DNA from: Candidatus Eiseniibacteriota bacterium
GTDB taxonomy: Bacteria; Eisenbacteria; RBG-16-71-46
Direction: 5' to 3'
DNA length: 64,000 nucleotides
NCBI GenBank assembly: GCA_963744995.1
Contig: CAVUWA010000010.1
Location: 352,001 to 416,000 of the forward strand
Position numbers and translations under genes: made by a program. The notes beneath the pieces are model-generated. The model had not been told where the DNA came from. It saw nothing but the letters and a program-made list of their open reading frames with translations, and searched no databases. The first letter of the stretch is position 1, and the number at the start of each line of letters is the position of its first letter. Of the stretch, positions 41,391 through 50,996 are shown piece after piece.

Positions 41391-43586
41391 ATGCGTCGAG
41401 CTTCGCTGTTCCTTTCGACGCTGCTGTGTCTTGCCACCCTGGTGCCGACCGGCGGCGTGCGCGCCCAGACCACCCTTCCGCCGTGTCCGGATCCGCGCCC
41501 CGCGCCCGTGGATGCACGGCTGCGGCCGGCGATGCCGTGCGCGGATCGCGACGTGGCGCTGGTGCTCAGCTACGCGCCCTGCTGCAGGACGATCACCTCG
41601 GTGGACGCCCCCGCGGCCGGTCACGGCTGGGTCGTGCACGTGGTCGACACCTCCGACGACACGTGCAGCAATGCCCGCTGCGCCCCCGACTCGCTGGTCG
41701 TGCCGCTCGGCCGCTTCCTCGTGGGCCACTACGAGCTCACCGTCCACTTCGTGACCGAGTGGCGCTCGCAGATCGAATCCTGCGTCACCGAAGAGGACCG
41801 GCGGTTCTCGTTCGACGTGACGTCCGAGTGCACGCCGCCTACCGGCATCCCCTACCTGGACTGGATCGAGATCGGCCACGGCGGCCAGGCCTGCCCCGGC
41901 GACAGCATCCCGGTGCGATTCTCGGGGACGGTGCCCGGCAACTGCACTCAATTCGCCGGCGTCGAGGTGATTCCGAGCCCGGTACTCGCCGGCCCGATCG
42001 CCGAGCCCCCGTCACTCCGGCTCGTGTTCCTCACCAACTCCGCGCTCGGTGCGCCATGCATCGTGTCCCCGGTGCCGTGGAGCGCGTCGCTGAACATCGG
42101 CCCGCTCATGCCACGCGACTGGCGGCTCGCGGTCGGAGCGCTGCTGATCGATGTCGGCCCGCAGCCGCCGGATTCCACGCTGCTCGGCGCCGCGTCCTTC
42201 CCGTTCACCGTGCTCGACACCTGCACGATCAAGCCCAGCGGGTGCCTGCTGCCCGGGTGGGCGCACCCGAACGCCGGCGACTGCGATGCGTTCATCGGAC
42301 CCGATCACGAGGCGCAGCTCACGTTCGAGGTCGGCACGACGACCCCGCTCGCCGCGCTGCAGGGTTCGATCGTGATGAACCCGCTCGGCCTGCACATCAC
42401 CGGCGTCGAGCCGGTAGGCGCGGCGGCCGGCATGCATCTGAGCTGGAACCAGGTTCCCGAGGGCGTCAAGTTCGTGCTCCTCGACACGGACGGCACGCCG
42501 ATCCCGGCCGCGCCGCCGTTCGATCCTGTGCCGGTGCTGCGCCTGACGTTCGCCACGGATCCCGTGGCGCCGCCCGCGCCGCGTACCCGCGTCTTCCCGG
42601 GTGCGCTGCTCGGCGCCGACGTGCTGGGCCAGGCGGTCTATCTCTGCCCGACCTTCGCGCCGATCGACGCCTCGGCGTACATCTGCCGCGGCGCCCCGTG
42701 CGACTTCAACGGCGACGGCTACGTCGACGTGCGCGATCTGGTGCGCATGGTGCGCTGCGTGAACGGCACCGATCCCTGCGACCCCGCGTACACGGCGACG
42801 TTCGACTGCAACGGTGACGGGGCCTTCGACCTGGACGACGTGCTGTGCTGCGCGCTCGCGATCCTCGGCCGGACGCCCACGCCCGGCGGCGGTCAGGCGC
42901 GTGACGCGGCGCTGCACGTGACGATGGCCTCGCCCGAAATGGTGGACGGCGCCGTCGAGATCCCGGTGGAGATCGCCGGCGACGCGCCGCTCGGCGCCGC
43001 TCGTCTCGAGCTCGGCGTGCCGACGGCGTCTTTCGCGGCGATCGACGTGCGCACCGAGGCGGGCGCCCCGTGGCTGGCCGTGCACGAAAGCGGCGCGGGC
43101 ACCGTCACGGTCGGCCTGATCGCGCTCCAGCCGGGCGCGGGCAGCGACGCACCGGTGCGGTTCACGCTGCGGCTCACCCCCGCAGCGGGCACGACGCCCT
43201 CCGGCGAGGTGACGCTCGTCGGCGCCGACTTCGCGGCCGCCGACGGCGCGCGCCTGGTCACCGATCCGGGCGATCCGATCGTCGTGCTCGGCGACGCCGG
43301 TCATGTGCGGCTCACCCCCGCGCGCCCCAACCCGTTCAGCGCCTCGCAGCACATTTCGCTGGTCGTGCCGAAGCGCGCCGAGGTGGAGCTCGTCGTGTTC
43401 GACCTCGGCGGTCGCCGCCTGCGCACGCTGCAGAGCGGCGTGCTGGACGCGGGGGCGCACGGGTTCACGTGGGACGGCCGTGACGACGCGGGCCGGCGCC
43501 TGCCGGGCGGCGTGTATTTCTATCGCGCCCGCGTCGACGGCGTCGATGCCGCGCGCCGGGTGGTGCTGCTCGGAGCGCCGCGCTGA
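41391..43586 (+). CDS. Cys-rich secreted multidomain protein: Ig-like x2, cohesin-like, dockerin-like, cohesin-like, FlgD-Ig tail
   Basis: Signal peptide; DFNGDGYVDVRD...DCNGDGAFDLDD duplicated Ca-loop; PNPF...WDGRDDAGRRLPGGVYFYR. Confidence 0.8.
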   Translation: MRRASLFLSTLLCLATLVPTGGVRAQTTLPPCPDPRPAPVDARLRPAMPCADRDVALVLSYAPCCRTITSVDAPAAGHGWVVHVVDTSDDTCSNARCAPDSLVVPLGRFLVGHYELTVHFVTEWRSQIESCVTEEDRRFSFDVTSECTPPTGIPYLDWIEIGHGGQACPGDSIPVRFSGTVPGNCTQFAGVEVIPSPVLAGPIAEPPSLRLVFLTNSALGAPCIVSPVPWSASLNIGPLMPRDWRLAVGALLIDVGPQPPDSTLLGAASFPFTVLDTCTIKPSGCLLPGWAHPNAGDCDAFIGPDHEAQLTFEVGTTTPLAALQGSIVMNPLGLHITGVEPVGAAAGMHLSWNQVPEGVKFVLLDTDGTPIPAAPPFDPVPVLRLTFATDPVAPPAPRTRVFPGALLGADVLGQAVYLCPTFAPIDASAYICRGAPCDFNGDGYVDVRDLVRMVRCVNGTDPCDPAYTATFDCNGDGAFDLDDVLCCALAILGRTPTPGGGQARDAALHVTMASPEMVDGAVEIPVEIAGDAPLGAARLELGVPTASFAAIDVRTEAGAPWLAVHESGAGTVTVGLIALQPGAGSDAPVRFTLRLTPAAGTTPSGEVTLVGADFAAADGARLVTDPGDPIVVLGDAGHVRLTPARPNPFSASQHISLVVPKRAEVELVVFDLGGRRLRTLQSGVLDAGAHGFTWDGRDDAGRRLPGGVYFYRARVDGVDAARRVVLLGAPR

Positions 43587-43604
43587 CCGGGCGCTGCACG
43601 GGTC

Positions 43605-43650
43605 GAAACCGCGGGCCGGACGTTCGCAGGAGCGTCCGGCCCGCGGTTTC
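43605..43650 (+). terminator. 18-bp perfect hairpin terminator
   Basis: GAAACCGCGGGCCGGACG-N10-CGTCCGGCCCGCGGTTTC. Confidence 0.75.
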
Positions 43651-43685
43651 TGCGGCGGGATTCGGCGCCGGCGCGCGCTGCCTCC

Positions 43686-43713
43686 TTGACAGCCGGCGTC
43701 ATGCCCCGACAAT
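43686..43713 (+). promoter_or_regulatory. Sigma70 promoter, probably leaderless, for sixA
   Basis: TTGACA-N16-GACAAT-N7-GTG(43721). Confidence 0.6.
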
Positions 43714-43720
43714 CCACGGC

Positions 43721-44188
43721 GTGCCGCTCCTGATCGACATCCTGCGCCACGGCGCCGCCGAACCCTCGGGCCCCGACGGCGACGGTACGCGCGCGCTCTC
43801 GCCCGCCGGCATCGCGCAGGTCCGTGCCCTGGCGGCGCGCCTCGCCTCATCCGGCCGGATACCGGACCGGATCTTCTCGAGTCCCTACCGCCGGGCGGTG
43901 GAGACCGCGCGCCTGGTTCATGCCGCGCTGCCGGCGCCGGTGCCGCTCGAAACGCTGACCGAGCTGCGCCCCGATGCGGAACCCGAGGACCTCACGGTCA
44001 CGCTCCGTACGCTCGCTGCGGGCGGCGGCCATCTGCTGCTGGTGAGCCACATGCCGCTCGTCTCCAGGCTGTGCAGTCATCTCGCCGGCCGCTCGATCGC
44101 GTTCGGGACCGCCGAGCTCGCCCGCCTGGAGTGCGCGGCGGGCATCGCACGGGGCGCCGCGCGGCTGCGCGAAATACCCGCGCCCTGA
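43721..44188 (+). CDS. sixA: Phosphohistidine phosphatase SixA-like
   Basis: LRHG, R.LS..G, SSPY.RA.ETA, LLVSHMP. Confidence 0.85.
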   Translation: MPLLIDILRHGAAEPSGPDGDGTRALSPAGIAQVRALAARLASSGRIPDRIFSSPYRRAVETARLVHAALPAPVPLETLTELRPDAEPEDLTVTLRTLAAGGGHLLLVSHMPLVSRLCSHLAGRSIAFGTAELARLECAAGIARGAARLREIPAP

Positions 44189-44342
44189 GCGGGCGAAGGG
44201 CACGCCGCCTCCCGGCCGGGATTCCGACTGACACGATCGGCCGAAACGCGCATCCTAGATGGAATCAGGGGGCCGCGTCGGCGCAGCCTGCCCACCGGGC
44301 AGGGTCGGCCCGGAACACCGCTCTCAGCCACCGGAGGAACGC

Positions 44343-44888
44343 ATGACCGTCGACCAGATGTCCGGCGCGGGCGAGTCTCGCGTCACGAGTCGCAGCGACA
44401 TGCTGTTGGACGGACTCTTCACGGGGATGATCGGCGCGCTCGCCGTGGCCGTGTGGTTCCTGATCCTCGATGTGGCGGCCGGGCGCCCGCTCTACACGCC
44501 GGCGCTGCTCGGCGCGTGGCTCATGCATGGCGCCGCCGCGGGCGACACAGCGATCACCGTGGCGCCGCTCGAAGTCGCGGCGTATTCCGCCTTCCACTTC
44601 GTCGCCTTCATGGCCGTCGGCATCGTGTTCTCGTGGCTCATGACGCTGTTCGACCGGTTCCCGATCATGTTTTTCGTGCTGCTGGTGCTGTTCATCAGCC
44701 TGATGCTGGGCTTCTTCGGGCTCGATCTGGTCCTGGGCGCCGAGCTCACCGGCAGGCTGCACCCCTGGACGATCGTGATCGCCAACCTGCTCGCCGCGAT
44801 CGGCATGTCGCTCTATCAGTGGAAGCGCCATCCGGGCGCACTGAAACGCGTCGAACATCTCTGGGAAGACGAGGACGAACAGCGCTGA
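44343..44888 (+). CDS. Hypothetical membrane protein
   Basis: GGAGG RBS; about 4-5 TM segments; WFLILDV..GRPLYTP.LLG. Confidence 0.75.
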   Translation: MTVDQMSGAGESRVTSRSDMLLDGLFTGMIGALAVAVWFLILDVAAGRPLYTPALLGAWLMHGAAAGDTAITVAPLEVAAYSAFHFVAFMAVGIVFSWLMTLFDRFPIMFFVLLVLFISLMLGFFGLDLVLGAELTGRLHPWTIVIANLLAAIGMSLYQWKRHPGALKRVEHLWEDEDEQR

Positions 44889-44997
44889 CGGACCCGCTTG
44901 CACGTGCGGCGAGTCGCGGCCGGCGCCGCGGCTCGCCGCGTTCGTTTCCGCTCCGGGAGCGCGGCGGCCGCCCGCTCCCGCCATGCATGGAGGACTC

Positions 44998-45708
44998 ATG
45001 ACGTTTCTGAAGAACCAGGTGGCCGTCGTGACCGGCGGCAATCGCGGCATCGGCCGCGGCATCGCCGAGGGGCTCGCCGGCGCGGGCGCGCGCGTCGTGC
45101 TCACCGCGCGGCACCGCGATGCGGCCGAGAAGGCCGCGGCGGAGATCGGCCGTGACGCGATCGGCCTCGCCTGCGACGTGCGCGACTTCGGCCAGGTGCA
45201 GACCCTGTTCCGCGAGGCGGTCGAGCGGACCGGCGGGCTCGACGTGCTCGTCAACAACGCGGGCATCGGCATCTTCGGCGCGGTCGCCGACACGAACCCC
45301 GAAGACTGGCGTGCCGTGATCGAGACCAACCTCCACGGCGTCTTCTACTGCTGCCACGAGGCGATCCCGCTCATGAGGAAGCGCGGTGGCGGCTACATCT
45401 TCAACGTCTCGTCGCTCGCCGGGCGCAACGCGTTTCCGAACGGCGCAACCTACAACGCCAGCAAGTTCGGTCTGAACGGCTTCAGCGAGGCGCTCATGCA
45501 GGAGGTGCGCTACGACGGCATCCGCGTCTCCTACCTGATGCCCGGCAGCGTCGCGACGGAGTTCGGCCGTGGCTCGGGTGGCAAGTCCGACTGGGCGCTG
45601 CAGCCGGCCGACGTCGCGGAGGTCGTGCTCGACCTGCTGCGCTCGCCGAAGCATGCGCTCTACAGCCGCGTCGAGATGCGTCCGAGCCAGCCACCCAGAA
45701 AGGGCTGA
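44998..45708 (+). CDS. Short-chain dehydrogenase/reductase
   Basis: TGGNRGIG, NNAG, YNASK. Confidence 0.93.
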   Translation: MTFLKNQVAVVTGGNRGIGRGIAEGLAGAGARVVLTARHRDAAEKAAAEIGRDAIGLACDVRDFGQVQTLFREAVERTGGLDVLVNNAGIGIFGAVADTNPEDWRAVIETNLHGVFYCCHEAIPLMRKRGGGYIFNVSSLAGRNAFPNGATYNASKFGLNGFSEALMQEVRYDGIRVSYLMPGSVATEFGRGSGGKSDWALQPADVAEVVLDLLRSPKHALYSRVEMRPSQPPRKG

Positions 45709-45764
45709 GCGCCGGGTCCGCCGGGCGCCCGTGCAGCTCCGCGAGCGCGCGCAGGAAAGCACCT

Positions 45765-45939
45765 CGTTGCGGATCGTCCGCGGGGCGGAGGCTCGATTCA
45801 CTCGCGGGTCCCCGCAAGCTGGCCCATGGTGCGATCGGAGTGTCACGGCGGGTTCGACGCCACCGCAGCGACTTCGGCTGACCGCGACGGGCTACGCCCA
45901 CTCGCGAATCGACCTCCGCCCCGCGGACGATCCGCAACG
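45765..45939. repeat. 175-bp element bounded by about 34-bp inverted repeats (REPIN/MITE-like)
   Basis: CGTTGCGGATCGTCCGCGGGGCGGAGG(C)TCGATTC at 45765-45799 and its reverse complement at 45906-45939 (27 bp perfect, 1-nt indel, 7 more). Each arm has an internal GCGGA-N3-TCCGC hairpin. Confidence 0.75.
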
Positions 45940-46119
45940 GCGAGACCGGAGAGCCCTGCCTCGCCGGGCGAGTCGCGCGATGGATGCGCCGGGCGCGGCA
46001 CCCTGCGGCACGAGCGCGGCGCCTCCGGTGGACGCTCCACGCGGGCATCGACTAGGCTCTGCGCGCCTCGCCCAGACATCCGGACGCGCCGGCGGCTGCC
46101 GCGCGTGAGGGAGATCTCT

Positions 46120-48154
46120 TTGACCCACATTCGAAGGATTCCGCTGATGCTCCTCCTGCTCTCCGCGATGATGTCCGGCCCCGGCGACGGGATCGCCGCC
46201 GAGACCTCGTCGGATGCGCCGTTCTGGACCGGACACCCGGATTCGACCGCGTTCACCAGGGCGATGGAGGCGCGACTCGAACGGGCGCGCCGGGCGATCG
46301 ACCGCATGGTCGCCGTCAAGGGGAAGCGCACGATCGAGAACACGCTCCGCCCCTACGACGACGCGCTCATCGAGCTGGATGCGGTCGGCTCGCAGGCTTC
46401 GCTCATGGAAAACGTGCACCCCGACGCTGCGGTGCGCACGTCGGCCGAGAAGATGAGCCAGGCGTCGTCGGCGTTCAGCACGGCCCTTTCGCTCAATCGC
46501 GACGTGTACGACGCGCTCGCGGCCCTCGACCTCGATGGCGCCGACGACGTGACCCGGTACTACGTCGGGAAGGAGCTGCGCGACTTCAGGCTCGCCGGCG
46601 TGGATCGCGACGAGGCGACCCGCGGGAAGGCGAGGGCGCTGCGTGAAGAGCTGGTGGAGATCGGACAGGCGTTCACGCGGAACATCCGCGATGACGACCG
46701 CACCGTGACGGTGAACAGCGCCGCCGAGCTCGACGGCCTGCCGCAGGACTACATCGACCGGCACCCGCCCGACGCGGACGGCGCGATCAGGCTCACCATG
46801 GACTATCCGGACGCGATCCCCGTCTTCCAGTACGCGCAGAGCGACGACCTGCGCAGGCGCATGTACATGGCGTTCGGCAATCGCGCCTACCCGGACAACA
46901 TGGACGTCCTCGCGCAGATGATGGCGAAGCGGCACGAGCTCGCGACGACTCTCGGCTACGGAAGCTGGGCGGAATACATCACGGCCGACAAGATGGTGGG
47001 CAGCGACTCGAAGGCCGCCGCGTTCATCGAAGACGTGGCGAACGCGTCGGCCGCGCGGGCCGCCTCCGAATACCAGGCGCTGCTCGCCCGGCTGCGCGAG
47101 GACGATCCGCAGGCCGAAGCCGTGCAGCCGTGGCAGAGAAGCTACTACTCGGAGCAGGTGCGCAAGTCGAGCTACGATTTCGACTCGCAGAAGGTGCGCC
47201 CGTACTTCCCGTACGATCGCGTGAAGCAGGGGGTGCTGGGTCTCACCAGCCGGCTGTTCGGCGTCGAGTTCAGGCAGGTGAAGGACGCGCCGGTGTGGGA
47301 TCCGTCGGTCGAGTGCTACGAGATGTTCGAAGGCGGCAAGCTGGTCGGACGCTTCTACCTCGACATGCACCCGCGCGACGGCAAGTTCAACCACGCCGCC
47401 CAGTTCGACGTGCGCACCGGCATCGAGGGCCGGCAGATCCCCGAGGCCGCCCTGGTCTGCAATTTCCCCGGCGGGACACCCGGGCGACCCGGGGCTCATG
47501 CAGCACAGCGACGTGACCACGTTCCTGCACGAGTTCGGGCACCTGATCCACGCGCTCTTCGCCGGACACCAGCGCTGGTGCGGCACCGGCGGGATCCGCA
47601 CCGAGTGGGATTTCGTCGAAGCGCCGTCGCAGATGCTCGAAGAGTGGGCATGGGACCCGAAGGTGCTCGCGACGTTCGCGCGCCACTACCGGACGCAGGA
47701 GCCGATCCCGACGGAGCTGGTCCGACAGATGAAGCGCGCGGACGAGTTCGGCAAGGGGCTGCGCGTGCGCGGGCAGATGGTCTACGCGCAGATTTCGCTC
47801 TCGTTCTACCGGGGCGACCCGGCCGGCATGAACACCGACACGATGGTGCGCGAGATCACGGCCCGCTACCAGCCGTTCCCATTCGTCGACGGCACCCACA
47901 TGCAGTGCGCGTTCGGTCACCTCGGCGGCTACTCGGCGATCTACTACACCTACATGTGGTCGCTGGTCATCGCCAAGGACATGTTCGCGCAGTTCGATCG
48001 CGACGACCTCCTGAAGCCGGGCGTCGCGGTCCGCTATCGCAACGCGGTGCTCGCTGCGGCGGGCACCAAACCCGCGGCGCAGATGATCGAGGACTTCCTC
48101 GGCCGGCCGTTCAACAGCGAGGCCTGGAAGGCCTGGTTGAATCAGCCCGAGTAG
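46120..48154 (+). pseudogene. Secreted M3A (thimet/oligopeptidase A-like) metallopeptidase, +1 frameshift near 47479-47484 (real or sequencing error)
   Basis: TTG start with GAGGGAG RBS and signal peptide. N-half ends LVCNFPGGT; C-half (DPGLMQHSDV..HEFGH..DFVEAPSQMLE) is in the +1 frame. Colinear with the downstream paralog. Confidence 0.85.
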
Positions 48155-48179
48155 CAGACCACCGCAGCGATGCTGCCGA

Positions 48180-48205
48180 CGGGCGCGGTCTTCGGGCCGC
48201 GCCCG
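48180..48205 (+). terminator. cUUCGg hairpin between the two peptidase genes
   Basis: CGGGCGCGGTC-TTCG-GGCCGCGCCCG. Confidence 0.5.
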
Positions 48206-48300
48206 CCGTGCTATCCTGCGGGCGCTTCGTTGCCGTGCCTTCGTCAGCGCCCGTTCTCGCGCAGCGCGGCAACCCGTCCGCGACCCGCCAGGAGAACGTC

Positions 48301-50355
48301 ATGCGACTCGCTTACCTCGCCACATTGCTGGCCGGCCTGATCGCCGCCGCTCCGGTGGTCGGCGCGCCGGCTGTCGGCCCGATCCACGACGACCGGCCGT
48401 TCTGGAGCGGCATGCCCGACTCCGCCACCTTTGCGAGTACCCAGGACGCGCGGCTGGGGCGCGCGCAGGCGCTGATCGCCGAGGTCAAGGCCGTGCGCGG
48501 CAGGCGCACGATCCAGAACACCCTGCGCCCCTACGACGAGGCGCTGCGCCACCTCGCCAACGCGGCGCGGCAGGCAGGGCTGATCGCCAACGTGCATCCC
48601 GACGCCGCGATGCGCGCCGGAGCGGAGACGATCCAGCAGAAGATCTCCAGTTACTGGACGGAGCTGACGCTCGACCCCGGACTCTACCGTGCCATCGCCG
48701 CGCTGGACACGAGGAAGGCCGACGACGAAACGCGCTATTACGTGAAGCGCGAGCTGCGCGACTTCAAGCTCGCAGGCGTGGACCGCGACGACGCCACGCG
48801 CGAGAAGGTCGGCAAGGTGCGGGACGAGATCGTGCGCATCACCCAGGCCTTCAACCGCAACATTCGCGACGACTCGAGCCGGATCATCGTGGACGGGCCG
48901 GCAGCGCTCGACGGGCTGCCGGCGGACTACGTCGCGAATCATCCGCCGGGTCCCGACGGCGGGATCGTTCTCACCACGCAGTACCCGGACGCGTTCCCCG
49001 TGTTCAGCTATGCGAGGAACGACGACGTTCGCAGGCGGATGTTCATGGCCTATTCGAACCGCGCGTATCCGCAGAACATGAAAGTGCTCGACGAGATGAT
49101 CGCAAAACGCCACGAGCTGGCGCAGCTGCTCGGTTTCGATCAGTACGCCGATCTGATCACCGCCGACAAGATGGCCGGCAGCGCGCAGGTCGCTTCCGAC
49201 TTCATCGACCGCGTCGTCACCGCCGCGCGTCCGATCGGGGAGCGCGAGTACGCCGAGCTGCTGGCTCGCAAGCGCGCCGACGACCCGTCGGCCACCGAGA
49301 TCACCGACTGGGAGCGCAGCTACTACGCCGAGCTGGTGCGCCGTTCGGAATACGACTTCGACGCCCAGGCCGTGCGCCCGTACTTCGCGTTCGACCGGGT
49401 GAAGCAGGGCGTCCTCGACGTGACCTCGAAGCTGTTCGGGGTCGAGTTTCGCAGGGTGAACGACGTGCCGGTCTGGGACCCGTCGGTGGAGTGCTACGAG
49501 ATGTACGAGAAGGGACGGCGGCGCGGGAGGTTCTACTTCGACCTGCACCCGCGGCCCAACAAGTACTCGCACGCCGCCCACTTCGGCATCCGCTCCGGCG
49601 AGCGCGGCGTGCAGATCCCCGAGGCCGCCCTCGTCTGCAACTTCCCCGGCGGCAGCGAAGGCGATCCCGGTCTCATGGAGCACAGCGATGTCCAGACCTT
49701 CTTCCACGAGTTCGGCCACCTGCTGCACAACCTGTTCGCCGGCGATCACGAGTGGCACGGCACGGCCGGCATCACCACCGAACGCGACTTCGTCGAGGCC
49801 CCGTCGCAGATGCTCGAGGAATGGACCTGGGATCCGGAGGTGCTGGCCACCTTCGCGAAGCACTACGAAACGAACGAGCCGATCCCCGCCGAGCTGGTCC
49901 TCAGGATGAAACGCGCCCACGAGTTCGGCAAGGCGCTGAACGTCCTCAGGCAGATGGTGTTCGCACGCGTTTCACTGTCCTGCTACGACCGTGATCCCGG
50001 CGGGATCGACACGGACCGGCTGGTGGAGGAAGTCAGTGCCGACTACGTGCCGTTCCGCCACGTGCCCGGCACGCACTTCCAGGCCGCGTTCACGCATCTC
50101 TCCGGCTATTCGGCGATGTATTACACCTACATGTGGTCGCTGGTGATCGCCAAGGACATGTACAGCGCCTTCGATCCGGCGCACCCGTTCGCCGCGAAGG
50201 TGGCGAAGCGCTATCGCGATCGGGTGCTGGCGCCGGGGGGCTCGAAACCTGCCGCGCGGCTGGTGGAGGACTTTCTCGGCCGGCCGTTCGACAGCCGGGC
50301 CTGGGAGCGCTGGCTCGCGTCGGAGGATCGGACCTCGTCGAGGATCGACGACTGA
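48301..50355 (+). CDS. Secreted M3A metallopeptidase (intact paralog)
   Basis: GGAG RBS; signal peptide; DLHPRPNKYSHAA, HEFGH, DFVEAPSQMLE, YYTYMWS, FLGRP. Confidence 0.93.
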   Translation: MRLAYLATLLAGLIAAAPVVGAPAVGPIHDDRPFWSGMPDSATFASTQDARLGRAQALIAEVKAVRGRRTIQNTLRPYDEALRHLANAARQAGLIANVHPDAAMRAGAETIQQKISSYWTELTLDPGLYRAIAALDTRKADDETRYYVKRELRDFKLAGVDRDDATREKVGKVRDEIVRITQAFNRNIRDDSSRIIVDGPAALDGLPADYVANHPPGPDGGIVLTTQYPDAFPVFSYARNDDVRRRMFMAYSNRAYPQNMKVLDEMIAKRHELAQLLGFDQYADLITADKMAGSAQVASDFIDRVVTAARPIGEREYAELLARKRADDPSATEITDWERSYYAELVRRSEYDFDAQAVRPYFAFDRVKQGVLDVTSKLFGVEFRRVNDVPVWDPSVECYEMYEKGRRRGRFYFDLHPRPNKYSHAAHFGIRSGERGVQIPEAALVCNFPGGSEGDPGLMEHSDVQTFFHEFGHLLHNLFAGDHEWHGTAGITTERDFVEAPSQMLEEWTWDPEVLATFAKHYETNEPIPAELVLRMKRAHEFGKALNVLRQMVFARVSLSCYDRDPGGIDTDRLVEEVSADYVPFRHVPGTHFQAAFTHLSGYSAMYYTYMWSLVIAKDMYSAFDPAHPFAAKVAKRYRDRVLAPGGSKPAARLVEDFLGRPFDSRAWERWLASEDRTSSRIDD

Positions 50356-50399
50356 CGGACCGACGGTTGCGGAAGACGGCGGCCGTGCGACTCCAACGA

Positions 50400-50431
50400 A
50401 AACGCCGCCCGCATCGGTGCGGGCGGCGTTT
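50400..50431. terminator. Bidirectional intrinsic terminator
   Basis: AAACGCCGCCCGCA-TCGG-TGCGGGCGGCGTTT between convergent genes. Confidence 0.75.
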
Positions 50432-50453
50432 CGCGTTTCAGATCGATCCGAGC

Positions 50454-50690
50454 TCAGTGGTCGGACGAGCCTTCCATGTTGCCCTCGGTCGAGTGGTCCA
50501 TGTCATCCATGGCACCCGCCGAGTCGCTCATCGCCGAATCCGGCATCGACATCGAGTTGTCATTCCCCATTTCCTCGGTGGACTCCGAAGTCGCTGGCGT
50601 CTCGGCCTGCTGGGACTGGGCGCAACCGACCGCGAGGGCCATTACGAAGGCAACAGCGAGGAACAGGGGGAGGGACTTCTGCAAACGCAT
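50454..50690 (-). CDS. Small Met/Asp/Ser-rich lipoprotein (78 aa)
   Basis: AAGGAG RBS; MRLQKSLPLFLAVAFVMALAVG|C lipobox; disordered acidic mature part. Confidence 0.8.
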   Translation of the reverse strand: MRLQKSLPLFLAVAFVMALAVGCAQSQQAETPATSESTEEMGNDNSMSMPDSAMSDSAGAMDDMDHSTEGNMEGSSDH

Positions 50691-50996
50691 CTTCAATCTC
50701 CTTGTGCGGATCCATCCGTTTACTTCCAGCCGATGTATCCGATCCGGGATCCGGCTTTCGTGTCGGGGATGTGAGTGCACCAGAGGGTGCACTTTCGGCC
50801 TCGGGCTGGGGAGAATGCGCATTCGGCCGGGAATGTGCAAGCCCTGCGTGCATGAATTCGGGCCGGCGGAGAACGCCGGCCGGGGCCCATCGGGGCCGGG
50901 CCTGACCACTCAACGCATTGCCGGAGATTGCGTTACGCCATCAGAGCGAATCCGGGCCACGGCCTGGAAGCCGCCCGGGATTTCCCGCCCGTACGC

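Noticed and set aside
37068..41951. 1627-aa ORF overlapping metH
   Set aside because: Off-frame Arg/Gly-rich readthrough typical of high GC; only the last 170 aa (GNAT, from 37580) is real.
43721..44188. Functional link between sixA and the PTS IIA gene
   Set aside because: Plausible from E. coli PTS-Ntr biology, but the genes are about 41 kb apart with no sequence evidence of linkage.
45826..50355. 1509-aa natural double-domain peptidase
   Set aside because: The middle section is out-of-frame sequence caused by a single-base indel; copy 2 has its own promoter motif, RBS and signal peptide.
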